Shown: positions 50,159 through 60,594 of the stretch, piece after piece
Position numbering within the stretch: position 1 is the stretch's first letter
Layout of the letters: every line of letters begins with the position of its first letter
Assembly (NCBI GenBank): GCA_029856145.1
Contig: JAHQWK010000012.1
Coordinates: 115,714 to 179,713, forward strand
Length of the DNA stretch: 64,000 nt
Source of the DNA: Promethearchaeia archaeon
GTDB taxonomy: Archaea; Asgardarchaeota; Lokiarchaeia; Sigyniarchaeales; SOKP01
Direction: 5' to 3'
Notes under the pieces: model-generated
Databases searched by the model: none
Seen by the model: only the letters and a program-made list of their open reading frames with translations
Told to the model about the DNA's origin: nothing
Position numbers and translations under genes: made by a program

Positions 50159-52516
50159 ATGACTGAAAGAACTCAAAAATTAATGATGAACACACCAATA
50201 AAATCTCTACAAGTAGCCAATATCGAAATCGCTGATGATGCTAGAGCATGTAGACCTGGCATGAGATGGACATTAGATTTAGAGAGAGCTAAGTTATTAA
50301 CTGAATCATATAAGCAAACTGAGGGTAAACCAATGGTACTGAGGCGAGCTGAGGCATTAAAATATATCTTGGAAAACATGACAATTTATATTCGGCCCGA
50401 TGAGTTAATAGTTGGGAATTTTGCTTCAACACCCGATTCAGTTGTTCACTATCCTGAATTCTCATATAAATGGGTAGAGAGAGAAACTGCACCCGGAAAA
50501 GTCTATTCTGAATTATTGACTTCTGAAGAGAGGGAAGAATTAAAGAAGATAGACTCATATTGGGAAAATTTAGCGATTCATCATTTGTTTAAGAAAACAA
50601 TTCCAGAAGAGTTAGTCAGAGAATTTTATGTTTTTAATTGGGAATCTGCTACTCCAAATTTCGAAAAACTATTTCAACTAGGTTTGAAGGGAATAATTTG
50701 GGAAGTTGAGGAGAGAAAACAAAGACTTGAAAAAGAATGGTTAGAAGGAAATCTTAACGGAGATGATTATGTAAAGAAAAAGAAATTTTTGGAGAGTGTA
50801 GTCATCACATTAAATGGAGCAATCAACTGGGGAAAAAGATACGCTAAATTAGCCAGAGAAAAAATTGAAAATGTCGACAGCTTGGAACGAAAACGTGAAC
50901 TTGAAATTATAGCAAATATCTGTGATTGGGTGCCTGAAAATCCACCAAGGACTTTACACGAAGCATTACAGCTTTATTGGTTTGTCCATCTTATTGTAAA
51001 TTTCATTGATGTGCCGATGGTAGGGGATGGAATAAGATTTGATGTATGTTTTAATCCATTTTATGAAAATGATTTGAAGAAAAATGTAGTAACTAGAAAA
51101 CAAGCTCAAGAACTAGTCGAGTGTATTTTTGTAAAATCCCAAGAAACAGGTTTTCTACACCCCCCTATATGGTCAGGCGCAGGGGGTGGAGCTATAGGTT
51201 TTCAGACTATTACAATTGGAGGAATAGATTCTAAAGGGAACGATATAACAAATGAGATCTCTTATATTGTATTAGATGCTATGAATAACGTAAGAACGGT
51301 AACACCTCCATTAGCACTTAGATGGAATGATAAAATACCTAAAAAGTTGGTCGAGAAAGCAATTGAGGTGATAAGTACCGGGATGCCTCAACCTGCCTTT
51401 TTTAATGATAAAGTTAATATTACTCGACTTGTTGGTTTGGGAGTTCCTTTAGATGACGCCAGAAATTATTCCATTAATAATTGCATGGTTCCAACAATCC
51501 CAGGAAAAAATTTTAATCATCGTTCTGCATGGGCTACGGCGATTCCTCTTCCACAAGAACTAACTAAAACCTTAAAATCAATTGGAGAAAATGTAAATTC
51601 AGTTGAAGAACTTATTGATGATTTTATGGAAAACTACAAATTCAGAATCAAAAAGCTAGTTTTTCTATCAAATATCGCGGATACTTTTTATCAAGAATAC
51701 GTGCCCCGACCATTTCTTTCAGCTGTGTTAGATGAATCTATTGAGAGAGCACAAGATGTAAGAGAATGGAATTATGTTCTTGATTATCGAGATGTAGTTA
51801 TCCTTGGTCTAAATAATGTCGCCGATTCTTTTGCCGCAATTAAGAAATTAGTATTTGATGAAAAAAAGATAACTCTTAAAGAATTAGTTGATGCTGTTAA
51901 GAAAAATTGGCGGGGAAAATATGAAGAGATTAGAAAAATGTGCATAGAAGCACCTAAATTTGGCAATGATGATGACTACGTAGATTCAATATCAAGTGAA
52001 ATAGGAAAAAGAATTACTATTGAGACAATGAAATGTAAGACAAACTTAGGAACTCCTTGTATTCCTGATGGTACTGTTGCCTCCGCTTTCTGGTTCTTAG
52101 GGAAAGGTTGCGAAGCAACACCAGACGGGAGAAAGGCTAGAGAAACTCTCCACGATGGAAGTATTTCACCCGTACAAGGAAGAGATCTAAAAGGACCAAC
52201 TGCTGTATTGAACTCTGTTTCAAAAGTAGATCCTTTAATTAGCTGGAATCATCTCCTAAATCAGAGTTTTATGCCCCAATATTTAAAAGAATATAATGCA
52301 GAGATTTTCGCTCAATATTTGAAAACATGGGCTGACTTGGGAATCCATCATATTCAATTTAATGCTGTTGGAAAGGAAGTATTGGAGGATGCTCAGAAGA
52401 ATCCTGAAAATTTTTTAAATCTAATGGTAAGAGTAGCGGGATATTCCGCTTTTTTCGTTGATTTAAGTAAAGATTTACAGGATTCAATTATTGCCCGAAC
52501 ACCCCAATGCTTCTAG
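50159..52516 (+). CDS. Glycyl radical enzyme (PFL superfamily), substrate unknown
   Basis: C-terminal VRVAGYS glycyl motif; Cys loop YSINNCMVP. Confidence 0.92.
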   Translation: MTERTQKLMMNTPIKSLQVANIEIADDARACRPGMRWTLDLERAKLLTESYKQTEGKPMVLRRAEALKYILENMTIYIRPDELIVGNFASTPDSVVHYPEFSYKWVERETAPGKVYSELLTSEEREELKKIDSYWENLAIHHLFKKTIPEELVREFYVFNWESATPNFEKLFQLGLKGIIWEVEERKQRLEKEWLEGNLNGDDYVKKKKFLESVVITLNGAINWGKRYAKLAREKIENVDSLERKRELEIIANICDWVPENPPRTLHEALQLYWFVHLIVNFIDVPMVGDGIRFDVCFNPFYENDLKKNVVTRKQAQELVECIFVKSQETGFLHPPIWSGAGGGAIGFQTITIGGIDSKGNDITNEISYIVLDAMNNVRTVTPPLALRWNDKIPKKLVEKAIEVISTGMPQPAFFNDKVNITRLVGLGVPLDDARNYSINNCMVPTIPGKNFNHRSAWATAIPLPQELTKTLKSIGENVNSVEELIDDFMENYKFRIKKLVFLSNIADTFYQEYVPRPFLSAVLDESIERAQDVREWNYVLDYRDVVILGLNNVADSFAAIKKLVFDEKKITLKELVDAVKKNWRGKYEEIRKMCIEAPKFGNDDDYVDSISSEIGKRITIETMKCKTNLGTPCIPDGTVASAFWFLGKGCEATPDGRKARETLHDGSISPVQGRDLKGPTAVLNSVSKVDPLISWNHLLNQSFMPQYLKEYNAEIFAQYLKTWADLGIHHIQFNAVGKEVLEDAQKNPENFLNLMVRVAGYSAFFVDLSKDLQDSIIARTPQCF

Positions 52517-52540
52517 TAACAAGTATAGGAGGCTGATCCT

Positions 52541-53461
52541 TTGAAAGGGAGCCAAACGGGAAATGAAGGAATAATTTTTAACATTCAAAGATACAGCATT
52601 CACGATGGTCCTGGAATTAGAACAACAGTATTTCTTAAGGGTTGTCCACTAAGGTGTAGGTGGTGTTCAAATCCTGAGTCGATTAACCCTTATCCAGAAA
52701 TTTTTTTTAGGCAAGAGAAATGTGACCAATGTGGAAAATGTGTAGATGTTTGTACACCTAAAGCTATAACTATAAGTGAAAGCTCTATTCAAATAAATAG
52801 AGTAAAATGCAATTTATGCATGAAATGTGAGGATATTTGTTCGCTTGATGCAATAAATCATATAGGAGAGAAATTAACGATAAATGAAGTAGTAACTGAA
52901 GTTATGCGAGATGAATTGTTTTATAATAATTCAGGAGGGGGGGTTACGATTTCAGGGGGAGAACCGCTTTCTCAAATAGAATTCACACTCAACCTATTAA
53001 AGGAATTTAAGAAAAAATCATTACACACTACTTTAGATACTACTGGTTATGCTAATGGTGAAGATTTAGATAAAATTTTATCCTATACAGATTTACTACT
53101 TTTTGATATCAAACATTTAAACCCAGAAATACACCAAAAAGGAACGGGAGTAGCAAACGAAATAATATTAAAGAATTTTGAGAGATGCCTTAAAAAGGGA
53201 AAGAAAGTGTGGGTTAGAGTTCCAGTTATCCCTGATTTTAACGATTCTAATCAATATATGGACAAGTTAGCAAATTTTTTATCGAAAAAGCCAATTGAGA
53301 AAATATCATTATTAAAATATCATGAATGGGGGAGACATAAATACAAATATTTAGATCGAATCTACCCATTAAAAGATATTAATTTTGTTAGCGATGAGCA
53401 AATACAAAATTTTAAAAACATAATTGAAACTTACGGTTTGAAAGCGACCATCGATTATTAA
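52541..53461 (+). CDS. Glycyl-radical activating enzyme with ferredoxin insert
   Basis: HDGPGIRT, GCPLRCRWC, two CxxCxxCxxxC, SGGEP. Confidence 0.94.
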   Translation: MKGSQTGNEGIIFNIQRYSIHDGPGIRTTVFLKGCPLRCRWCSNPESINPYPEIFFRQEKCDQCGKCVDVCTPKAITISESSIQINRVKCNLCMKCEDICSLDAINHIGEKLTINEVVTEVMRDELFYNNSGGGVTISGGEPLSQIEFTLNLLKEFKKKSLHTTLDTTGYANGEDLDKILSYTDLLLFDIKHLNPEIHQKGTGVANEIILKNFERCLKKGKKVWVRVPVIPDFNDSNQYMDKLANFLSKKPIEKISLLKYHEWGRHKYKYLDRIYPLKDINFVSDEQIQNFKNIIETYGLKATIDY

Positions 53462-53469
53462 GGTACTAT

Positions 53470-54054
53470 TTACTCGAATTTTTTATTATAACTATTTATA
53501 TATACAAATTCTTCTAATTCTTTTCTTGGAGGTCGTTGTTTTTCTCCTAGCTTCATAGGTTCAGAAAGTACAGGATTTATCTCTTTTGAGTGTTTTCCAA
53601 TTATTATCAATGCAATTAATCTCATTTCATTAGGAATTTCAAGGATTTTTTTTGCTTGCTCTTCATTAAAACCAGCTATTGGATGAGCAACTAACCCTAA
53701 TTCTGTAGCTCTTAATATTATAAAAGCTGTAGCAATTCCTGCATCAAATAGATAATAAAGTCTTTCTCCAATTATACAATCATTCTTAGGTTTACTAAAT
53801 ACAGCAATGATCATAGAAGCTTTTTCTACCCATTTATTCCCTCCTGATAATGCAGTAAATAATCTTTCTAATTGTTCTTTTTCCCTCACAAAAATAAAGT
53901 TCCATGGTTGCTTATTCATACATGAAGGTGCAATTTGAGCTTTTTTAGCCAAATCTGTAATCAATTCATTTGTAATTTCAACTAATTCTAGAGATCGAAA
54001 TGCTCTTCTTTCTTTAATTGCTTCTTTAACATTCATTTTATTTATTTTTAACAA
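53470..54054 (-). CDS. Nitroreductase family protein
   Basis: RRAFR, APSCMNKQPW, DAG. Confidence 0.9.
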   Translation of the reverse strand: MLKINKMNVKEAIKERRAFRSLELVEITNELITDLAKKAQIAPSCMNKQPWNFIFVREKEQLERLFTALSGGNKWVEKASMIIAVFSKPKNDCIIGERLYYLFDAGIATAFIILRATELGLVAHPIAGFNEEQAKKILEIPNEMRLIALIIIGKHSKEINPVLSEPMKLGEKQRPPRKELEEFVYINSYNKKFE

Positions 54055-54102
54055 TTTAATTTATTCTATAAAAATTCTATAAAAAATAAGGTAAAAAAAA
54101 GT

Positions 54103-54600
54103 TTATTTAATTATTTCTTTTAAGACACTTTCAACCTCTTCAGGATGTCCTTTTACAGACACTTTAGGCCAGATGTGTGCAATATTTCCTTCTGGATCAA
54201 TTAAAAAAGTACTTCGAATAACACCTATGTATTCTTTTCCTCTGAATTTTTTCTTTCCCCATTTACCATATTCCTTGGTCACTTTTTTATCAATGTCACT
54301 CAAAAGGATTACTCTTAAATTCTTCTTTTCAATAAATTTTGCATGAGAGTCGGGAGAATCTGGGCTAATTCCTATAATAATTGCACCTAATTTTTGGAAT
54401 GCGGGTAAAATTCCTGTAAATCCAATAGCTTCAGTCGTACATGCTGGTGTATTATCTTTTGGGTAAAAGTAAAGGATTATATATTTTCTTTTAAATTCTT
54501 TCAAACAAACTTCCTTACTGTCTTTATCTGGAAGACAAAAATCAGGAGCTTTACTACCAACTTTTAATTCTAATATCTGTTCTGTCATTTTATGATTCAA
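54103..54600 (-). CDS. bcp: Peroxiredoxin Bcp/PrxQ
   Basis: YFYPKDNTPACTTEA, RSTFLID. Confidence 0.92.
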   Translation of the reverse strand: MNHKMTEQILELKVGSKAPDFCLPDKDSKEVCLKEFKRKYIILYFYPKDNTPACTTEAIGFTGILPAFQKLGAIIIGISPDSPDSHAKFIEKKNLRVILLSDIDKKVTKEYGKWGKKKFRGKEYIGVIRSTFLIDPEGNIAHIWPKVSVKGHPEEVESVLKEIIK

Positions 54601-54784
54601 TTCGTTTAATCTAACATAAATAGATTGCTAATATTATATATTTCATATATCTACTTGAGATTATGAACATTAACTTTATGAACTATTAAGTTTAAATAGA
54701 TAGAACTTAAAAAAAGAACATTTGAACTAAATATAATTAATAAAATATAAAAAATTAAATATAGAGAATTAGAGTGAATCCTTC

Positions 54785-55342
54785 TCAAATTTTTTTACCA
54801 CAGACATGACAATATTCCATACCTATTAATAAAAGTGTATTACACCTAGGACAATTAAAAAGTTCATCCTCCTTAGAAAATGCAAATTCTTCAAATTCTT
54901 CAAATTCCTTTCTATATTCTGGATCCTTAATTGAGAATGTTCCATCCATTTTAATTTCAATATAATTACTAATTCTATCATAATCTTTCATCTTGAATAC
55001 TAAATGGGTTATAAGAAGTATTAAGGCTAACGAACCAGAAATTACAGAAATAATAAATGTAAATATTGTAATAATTGGACTTATAGTGGGATTATACATA
55101 TTCCATACAATTAATAAAAATGTTGAAATACAAAATATACAAAAAAAACTGGATTTTGACCTAAGATATTTCATTATTTTTTCATATCTTATTAATTCCT
55201 TTTTACAATTATCACATACAGGGATTTTAAAATAAATTGTTTTAAATCTCCTAGCCAGTATAGATCTAGCATAAATAAATTCTTCAAGGTGAAGATCTTC
55301 TTTTTTGCATTTTATACATTTATTCGGGAATTTTATCATCAA
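54785..55342 (-). CDS. Two-TM protein with N- and C-terminal zinc ribbons
   Basis: CIKC...CDNC, two TM helices, CPRC...CHVCG. Confidence 0.7.
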   Translation of the reverse strand: MMIKFPNKCIKCKKEDLHLEEFIYARSILARRFKTIYFKIPVCDNCKKELIRYEKIMKYLRSKSSFFCIFCISTFLLIVWNMYNPTISPIITIFTFIISVISGSLALILLITHLVFKMKDYDRISNYIEIKMDGTFSIKDPEYRKEFEEFEEFAFSKEDELFNCPRCNTLLLIGMEYCHVCGKKI

Positions 55343-55374
55343 TATTATTCTTATTTTCTATTAGTTAACTTCTT

Positions 55375-56886
55375 TTAAGGATCGTTCCGAAAGGGGTGTC
55401 GTGCACTTTCAGCATTCTCAATACCATCGTCTACAGTTGGTAAACCTTCCATTGCTTTTCGAATAGCATTTCTTGTTGCTTTATAATTATTTATAAAAAT
55501 TCGTTTTCGAGCGCTAGCGCTTGGGTGTACAAATACATTTACGACAATTAAAATATCCTCTGCAGCTTCTTTAGGTAAGATCCCATCTTCTACGCACTTC
55601 ATTACAGCTTTTGCCACTGCTGCTTGAGCAGGACCATAAGTTAAGCTCGCGTGTCGAAGAGAGGAAACCTTCACTGTAGGGATCATTATTGTTGCTGGTT
55701 TAACTTGCATGTTTGGCTCAAGAATAACCTGCAACCCTTCGCGACCTTTAGCAGGATGAGTTAAAGCTCGAGCATAAGCGTCACCTACTGGTCCATCTTT
55801 ACTTCCTATCAACAAGTCAATATGTGCTAATTCTGCTCTACTCCCAACAAGCGATTCCCCAACTTTTAAGCTAAAATCTGATATTTTTTGAGGTGTTACG
55901 CCCACTGCATAAAAGCGACTCGTTAATTCTTTCTCACCAATTTCGAATTTAATATCTTTCTTTTCAATTAATCCGAGTTTCTCTAACTCAACTCGAAATT
56001 CGTCCTGAAGCTCGTACGAAAGAGTATCTCCAATAATAATAGGTCGCCTTGTCGTACCTACTGGAACGCCCATCATATTTAAGCACTCTTTAGCTCCTAA
56101 AGCTCCAGAATTGATTAACATGCGAGCTAATTTTTGAACTTTCTTTTGTAGAGTTTGAGCTTCTTTTAACCGATTATTTTTCACATGATCGTAAATTTCA
56201 AGCCATATCTTAGGAATAACATTTGCAGAACCAAGTATACAACCTGCAGCTCCACCAGCTAAAGCACCTAATACATTTTCGTCCCACCCAATCAAAACAG
56301 AGATTTTATCGCTTACTTTTTCAAGTAACGCAGAGAAGTACTTGTAATCACCACTAGAATCTTTTATTGCGACAAAATTTTCGATATCAACTAGATCTTC
56401 TACAACTGTCCAAGGCAATTCTAAACCGGTGCAAACTGGAATGTTATACAACACTAAGGGAATGTCCGTTTTTTCAGCTATCGTGAAATAATGATCGTAT
56501 AACCCCTTTGCTTTAGGTTTTAAATAGTATGGTGTTACTATTATAGCTGCATCAGCCCCAATATCTGTTGCAGCTTTGGTAGCGTCTATAACCATTTTTG
56601 TCCCGGTCTCCCCTGTTCCCGCAATTACTGGAACTCTTCCATTCGTTTCGTCTACTACGATTTCTATTACTCTCAATCGTTCCTCAAACGTCATATTCAC
56701 AAACTCTCCGGTCGTTCCTACAGGTACGAGCCCCGTAACTCCTTGTTCTATGAGATAATTGACTAAGTTTCTAAGGTTTTCTTCGTTAATTGATTCATCA
56801 TCTTTATTGAAAGGAGTTACCAAGGCAGGCATAACTCCAGTTGGTCTAAAATCAAATTTTCCCATTATTCTCGCACTCACTCTCAT
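55375..56886 (-). CDS. DapA-family class I aldolase fused to formaldehyde-activating enzyme (Fae)
   Basis: N-terminal GTTGE, PYY, YNIP, IKDSSG; C-terminal VGESLVG..AHIDLLIG...KPATI...GPAQAAVAKAV...HPF. Confidence 0.9.
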   Translation of the reverse strand: MRVSARIMGKFDFRPTGVMPALVTPFNKDDESINEENLRNLVNYLIEQGVTGLVPVGTTGEFVNMTFEERLRVIEIVVDETNGRVPVIAGTGETGTKMVIDATKAATDIGADAAIIVTPYYLKPKAKGLYDHYFTIAEKTDIPLVLYNIPVCTGLELPWTVVEDLVDIENFVAIKDSSGDYKYFSALLEKVSDKISVLIGWDENVLGALAGGAAGCILGSANVIPKIWLEIYDHVKNNRLKEAQTLQKKVQKLARMLINSGALGAKECLNMMGVPVGTTRRPIIIGDTLSYELQDEFRVELEKLGLIEKKDIKFEIGEKELTSRFYAVGVTPQKISDFSLKVGESLVGSRAELAHIDLLIGSKDGPVGDAYARALTHPAKGREGLQVILEPNMQVKPATIMIPTVKVSSLRHASLTYGPAQAAVAKAVMKCVEDGILPKEAAEDILIVVNVFVHPSASARKRIFINNYKATRNAIRKAMEGLPTVDDGIENAESARHPFRNDP

Positions 56887-56892
56887 TTATTT

Positions 56893-58173
56893 TTATTTAT
56901 GTAAATTTTGAGCAGCAATTATATCGATACCATTTTCAATTAATACTTTCGCTGTAGTATTTATAGCAATATATCTATCAAGGTGATTTCTACGCATAAA
57001 TTCCCAATGACCCGAATCAATAATTTCTTGCTTATTCCTGAAATAATCTAAAATGTCCGAAGGATGTTCTCTGTTTCCATCTATTTCCACATCACCACCT
57101 TCATGTTTAGCACTGATATTTTTTACTTTCTTAGCAACTTCCACTAATTCATCTCGTCTATCATATGGTTGCCTTACAATACTTTTTTGAGTTTCAATCA
57201 CATGATGTTCTAATCTAACAACATCTTCAAAATCAAATTCTTTTCTAATATAAGCTGAGAGTTCAATTGTTTCATTATTGACTGAATTAGCAAGATTAAA
57301 ACCAATTAAAGGACTTGTTCCATCTTCTCTGGCAAATAATTTTGCAGTCATTAGAGTCCAAAGGCATGAATAAGGATTATCATTACCCATATATACAGAA
57401 ATTTTAAACTCATTATCTATTCCTAATTTATGAATAATATATCCAAGTAATACTGTGCCTGGATTAAGATTTAAAAGCTGAGTAACTCCGTAATTTGTGT
57501 AATAATAAAGAAATTCATCAATCCACTTCAAGGCGAAGTCATTAGGTTGTCCGACTCCTCCAAAATAGCCTGTGATCGTTTCAGGACCTCCTAAATGGAC
57601 ATTTACTGGCATCCCATCAGGACCAGGAGCAGTTCCCTTGGTATCTAGTGTTTCAACATAGGTTGAGCCTATAACTTGCATTGCTGCAGCCATAGCTAAA
57701 AGATCACCATCTTCTTCTTGTTCTTTCATTTTTCTTACACGAATTATTCTCCCGGGCATCAAATTCTGATCGTTAATCGCAGCTTTTGCAATATCTATAA
57801 AAAATGGAAAATATTGGCAAGCCGAAAGTTCTAAGGTTACAGCATAATCTTTATTAAATATCATTTCTGAAAATTTATCTCCAAGGATCTTTTTTCTATA
57901 ATCAGATATGCTGATAAAAGCATTATTATCTCGTTGTTCAATCAACCAATTTATATCATTTGCATAATCAGGCTTTTTATTATTTAATTTATCTAATAAA
58001 TTATCTAAATTTCTCGCTTCTCTAGCTTTTTTATTAATTTCATCAACTCCACCATACTTATCAATGACTTCAAACAGATTATTTATTAGAACATTATTTT
58101 CATCAGAAAGAAATTTATTTATGACATCTAACGCCTTTTTGGTTATTTCAAGTTTTTTTCTTAAATCTTTCAT
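56893..58173 (-). CDS. Conserved-looking hypothetical protein, possible TIM barrel
   Basis: 426 aa, alternating beta/alpha pattern, ends 6 bp before the dapA-fae ORF. Confidence 0.75.
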   Translation of the reverse strand: MKDLRKKLEITKKALDVINKFLSDENNVLINNLFEVIDKYGGVDEINKKAREARNLDNLLDKLNNKKPDYANDINWLIEQRDNNAFISISDYRKKILGDKFSEMIFNKDYAVTLELSACQYFPFFIDIAKAAINDQNLMPGRIIRVRKMKEQEEDGDLLAMAAAMQVIGSTYVETLDTKGTAPGPDGMPVNVHLGGPETITGYFGGVGQPNDFALKWIDEFLYYYTNYGVTQLLNLNPGTVLLGYIIHKLGIDNEFKISVYMGNDNPYSCLWTLMTAKLFAREDGTSPLIGFNLANSVNNETIELSAYIRKEFDFEDVVRLEHHVIETQKSIVRQPYDRRDELVEVAKKVKNISAKHEGGDVEIDGNREHPSDILDYFRNKQEIIDSGHWEFMRRNHLDRYIAINTTAKVLIENGIDIIAAQNLHK

Positions 58174-58337
58174 TTTTCAAAAATCCCTTTTAAAATTTTA
58201 TAGTTTAAATACAATTTTCTTATTGATATAAATTTTTCTTAGAATTATTTCAGAATATTATGAAATGAGAGAATCGAAAGATTTAAACTTAAATCTAATA
58301 ATTCTTTTATTATCAAAAATAATGAATTAGAATTAAA

Positions 58338-59696
58338 ATGTACAAATATCGCGTATCGATTTTAGGAACTGGTTTTATTGGGTTATGTTCTTCTGCATGT
58401 TTTGCTGATAAAGATATAAAAGTATTAGCATCTACGCATAACGAAAGAAAAGCAGCAATAATTAATGACGGAAAAGCACCTTTTTTTGAAGCTGGATTAC
58501 AAGAAATAATGGATAATATTAAAAAAAATAATCCAGAGTTTCTACAATGTCTTACTGATCCCGTTAAAGCCGTATTAGAAACAGATATATCCATGATTAC
58601 TCAAGGAACACCTATGAGGGAGGACAAAAGTATAGATTTAAGTTTTATTGAGAGTACAGCAAAAGAAATAGGAGAAGCATTAAAGAAAAAAGATAAATAT
58701 CACCTGGTTGTTGTAAGATCTACTGTTGTACCTGGAACAACGAGAAACTTAGTAGGTAAAATTGTTTCTGAAGTTTCAGGTAAAAAACCCGGGAAAGACT
58801 ATGGATTATGTATGCAACCTGAATTTTTAGCAGAAGGACGTTCAATTGAAGATACTTTACATCCTGATAGGATTGTCATAGGAGAGTTTGATGAAAAAAG
58901 TGGTGCTATGCTTCAAGAATTCTATGAATATTTTTATGGTGATCATTTAGAAAATTGTCCTATATTACGGATGAATTTAGAAAGTGCTGAATTAGTTAAA
59001 TATGGGAATAATTGCCTTTTATCTACTAAAATAAGTTATGCCAATGAATTTGCGAATTTTGCTGAATTGGTGCCAAACGTTGATATTGCCCAAGTTATGA
59101 AAGGTGTTGGTCTAGATTATCGATTGAACCATAGATTCTTAGGTGCTGGAGTTGGTTTTGGTGGTTCTTGTTTTCATAAAGACGTCAATGCCATAAAAGC
59201 ATGGTCAAAATCCAAAGGGTATCCTTCAAGACTATTAGAAGCGGTTTTAGATATTAATGATGATCAAGCAATTCATATAGTAGATATTGCAGAAAACTTA
59301 GCAGGAAAATTAGCAAATAGGAAAGTATCACTATTAGGACTTTCATTTAAACCTGGAACCGATGATATGAGAGAAGCAGCGAGTTTAAGAGTTGTAAATG
59401 AATTAAGAAAAAGAGGAGTTACTAATATCGTTGGTTATGATCCAAAAGCTTTGAAAACTGCTGAGGAAGAATTAGGAAATAAAATCCAATATGCTAATTC
59501 TATAGAAGAAGCTCTTAAGGATTCTGAATGTGCACTATTGATTACAGAATGGGATGAATTTAAAATATTAAAAACAGATGATTTTAAGAAACACATGAAA
59601 ACACCGAATTTAGTAGATGGGAGGAGATTATACGATTATGATAAATTCAATGAAGCTTTGCCATTTAGAGCAATCGGTCGTATCAATTTAGATTAA
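58338..59696 (+). CDS. UDP-glucose/GDP-mannose dehydrogenase family protein
   Basis: GTGFIG, PEFLAEG, SAELVKY, GFGGSCFHKD, FKPGTDDMRE. Confidence 0.93.
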   Translation: MYKYRVSILGTGFIGLCSSACFADKDIKVLASTHNERKAAIINDGKAPFFEAGLQEIMDNIKKNNPEFLQCLTDPVKAVLETDISMITQGTPMREDKSIDLSFIESTAKEIGEALKKKDKYHLVVVRSTVVPGTTRNLVGKIVSEVSGKKPGKDYGLCMQPEFLAEGRSIEDTLHPDRIVIGEFDEKSGAMLQEFYEYFYGDHLENCPILRMNLESAELVKYGNNCLLSTKISYANEFANFAELVPNVDIAQVMKGVGLDYRLNHRFLGAGVGFGGSCFHKDVNAIKAWSKSKGYPSRLLEAVLDINDDQAIHIVDIAENLAGKLANRKVSLLGLSFKPGTDDMREAASLRVVNELRKRGVTNIVGYDPKALKTAEEELGNKIQYANSIEEALKDSECALLITEWDEFKILKTDDFKKHMKTPNLVDGRRLYDYDKFNEALPFRAIGRINLD

Positions 59697-59861
59697 AACT
59701 TTAGGTTTTTCTTCATATATTATTATTTTTTTATTTTATCTTTTTATTTATTATAAATAGAAACAATAATTTTATAGGTAACCTATAATATTAGTTAGAG
59801 TAATAGATGATAAAATGCAAAGTACGAGAAAAGGAAAAAAATTAGATTCTTAAAAGATTAC

Positions 59862-60098
59862 GTGCAAGAAATAAATGGAAGTATGATTAGCTCGAAGAAA
59901 AATTGTGAATTGTGTGGAAAACCGGTAAAAAGGTATCATGGGAAATATGATAGCCCTTATAAATTTGTTTTTATAAATATCACTCAAAAACCTGCAAAGC
60001 ATTATTTTTGTTCTAAAAAATGTAAAACTAAATGGATCTTTAATCCAGATAAACGCCAAATTTTTAATCTAGAAGCACCTAACTTCCCAAATCATTAA
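59862..60098 (+). CDS. Small TRASH/YHS-like Cys4 metal-binding protein
   Basis: CELCGK...YFCSKKCK. Confidence 0.6.
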   Translation: MQEINGSMISSKKNCELCGKPVKRYHGKYDSPYKFVFINITQKPAKHYFCSKKCKTKWIFNPDKRQIFNLEAPNFPNH

Positions 60099-60381
60099 GT
60101 TTAGGAGTATTTGCGAAATTACAAAATCATATCAAGAATATAGAAAAAAATATTTCTAATCTCTCTTGAAGTATTTGGTCAATTCTAAGAATGTAATATT
60201 ATTTGGATCCAAGAATTTTTCTTATCTTTCTAATCTTACTTCTTTTGATAAGCTTTTTGTAAATTACTTATATAGTTCAAAGTATTTGAACCAGAATCTC
60301 TGTACTTCTACATGGAAATGGAAGATAAAATTTCTAAAATATAAAAAAAATCCGCTTTTTTCTTCTCAATTAAATATTTAT

Positions 60382-60594
60382 TTAATTTTTTTTTGTTTTA
60401 CTGATCTTGTACCACAGTAGTCCATAATTTAACGCTGGACCCGCAATAGTAATTGCAAGTGATATGATAAAGAGCACTAAGTTTGGAGCGTTTACCCAAT
60501 AAATAGGCCACATAATTATCAGTAAGACTATCCATATCCCTATAATAACCCAATTAATTTCTTTATATGTCGGGGTTTTTTTTGTATCACTCAT
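60382..60594 (-). CDS. Small two-TM membrane protein
   Basis: Two hydrophobic helices, basic termini. Confidence 0.6.
   Translation of the reverse strand: MSDTKKTPTYKEINWVIIGIWIVLLIIMWPIYWVNAPNLVLFIISLAITIAGPALNYGLLWYKISKTKKN

Noticed and set aside
50159-52516. Pyruvate formate-lyase or choline TMA-lyase
   Set aside because: Lacks the CC pair and the GCVE motif.
55375-56886. Plain dapA (lysine biosynthesis) or fae-hps
   Set aside because: The substrate-binding Arg is missing, no dapB/asd is nearby, and the partner domain is a DapA barrel rather than Hps.
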